A stretch of DNA of 60,276 nt, counting the filler, from Stramenopiles sp. TOSAG23-6 (lineage: Eukaryota): assembly GCA_900128565.1 (NCBI GenBank). It is 12 parts of 12 records of this genome, joined end to end, with 100 filler letters (N's around TTAATTAATTAA, not from the genome) between each part and the next. Parts side by side here need not be neighbours in the genome. Positions count along the whole stretch, not along the records: positions 55,366 to 60,276 come from LT637018.1; 11 more parts are not named here. One strand, written 5' to 3'. Below are positions 60,227 through 60,276 of the stretch, one piece after another. Both the position numbers and the translations under genes were made by a program. The notes under the pieces are model-generated. The model saw only the letters and a program-made list of their open reading frames with translations, had not been told where the DNA came from and made no database searches. Numbering within the stretch: position 1 is the first letter of the stretch; the number at the start of each line of letters is the position of its first letter.

Positions 60227-60276
60227 GTATGTTTTATTTTTTTTCAAATTCGAATTTTTTTTCGTACGAAATTTTG

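Noticed and set aside
3376-60276. Ciliate-like IESs excised at DNA level
   Set aside because: Consistent sense orientation, a GTAYGT donor and a CTAAC motif point to RNA splicing. Not formally excluded without reads.
1-60276. Functional gene cluster across the window
   Set aside because: Contigs appear concatenated by length, so adjacency across spacers is meaningless.

Overview
Eukaryotic nuclear DNA from an AT-rich, probably flagellated protist (a DNAAF5-like gene is present; the taxon cannot be determined here). The window is 12 contigs of about 4.9 kb each, joined by artificial N-TTAATTAATTAA-N spacers, so there is no synteny across spacers. It is gene-dense, with about 35 genes or fragments, including OGT-like, PCYT2, H1+DDT, TMEM181-like, SLC12, P1B-ATPase, AlaRS, SLC25A1, DNAAF5, STAND-SH2, COPS6, VPS55, KDSR, RPL4, Costars/ABRA and CPT2. 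The main signal is one family of about 50 stereotyped, mostly 80-120 nt inserts. Every copy that interrupts a CDS lies in that gene's sense orientation. Consensus: GTAYGTTTT ... TTTCGTACGAAATTTTGTACCTAAC ... GAAATATTTTTCCAAAATAC-NN. Precise removal restores conserved proteins, but mostly without a terminal AG. By my manual count of 39 complete copies, about 30 end in AT, 5 in AG, and one each in AC, GT, TC and TT. This suggests a genome whose introns are predominantly non-canonical GT-AT, possibly introner-derived and/or spliced by an altered spliceosome. Other observations: two back-to-back introns with a zero-length exon, exons of unrelated genes joined through these introns (probably misassembly), a MITE-like element with 17-bp TIRs, scattered short TTAGGG tracts, and recurrent duplications of gene 3' ends. 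All splice boundaries are inferred from reading frames and recalled protein conservation, not from RNA data.
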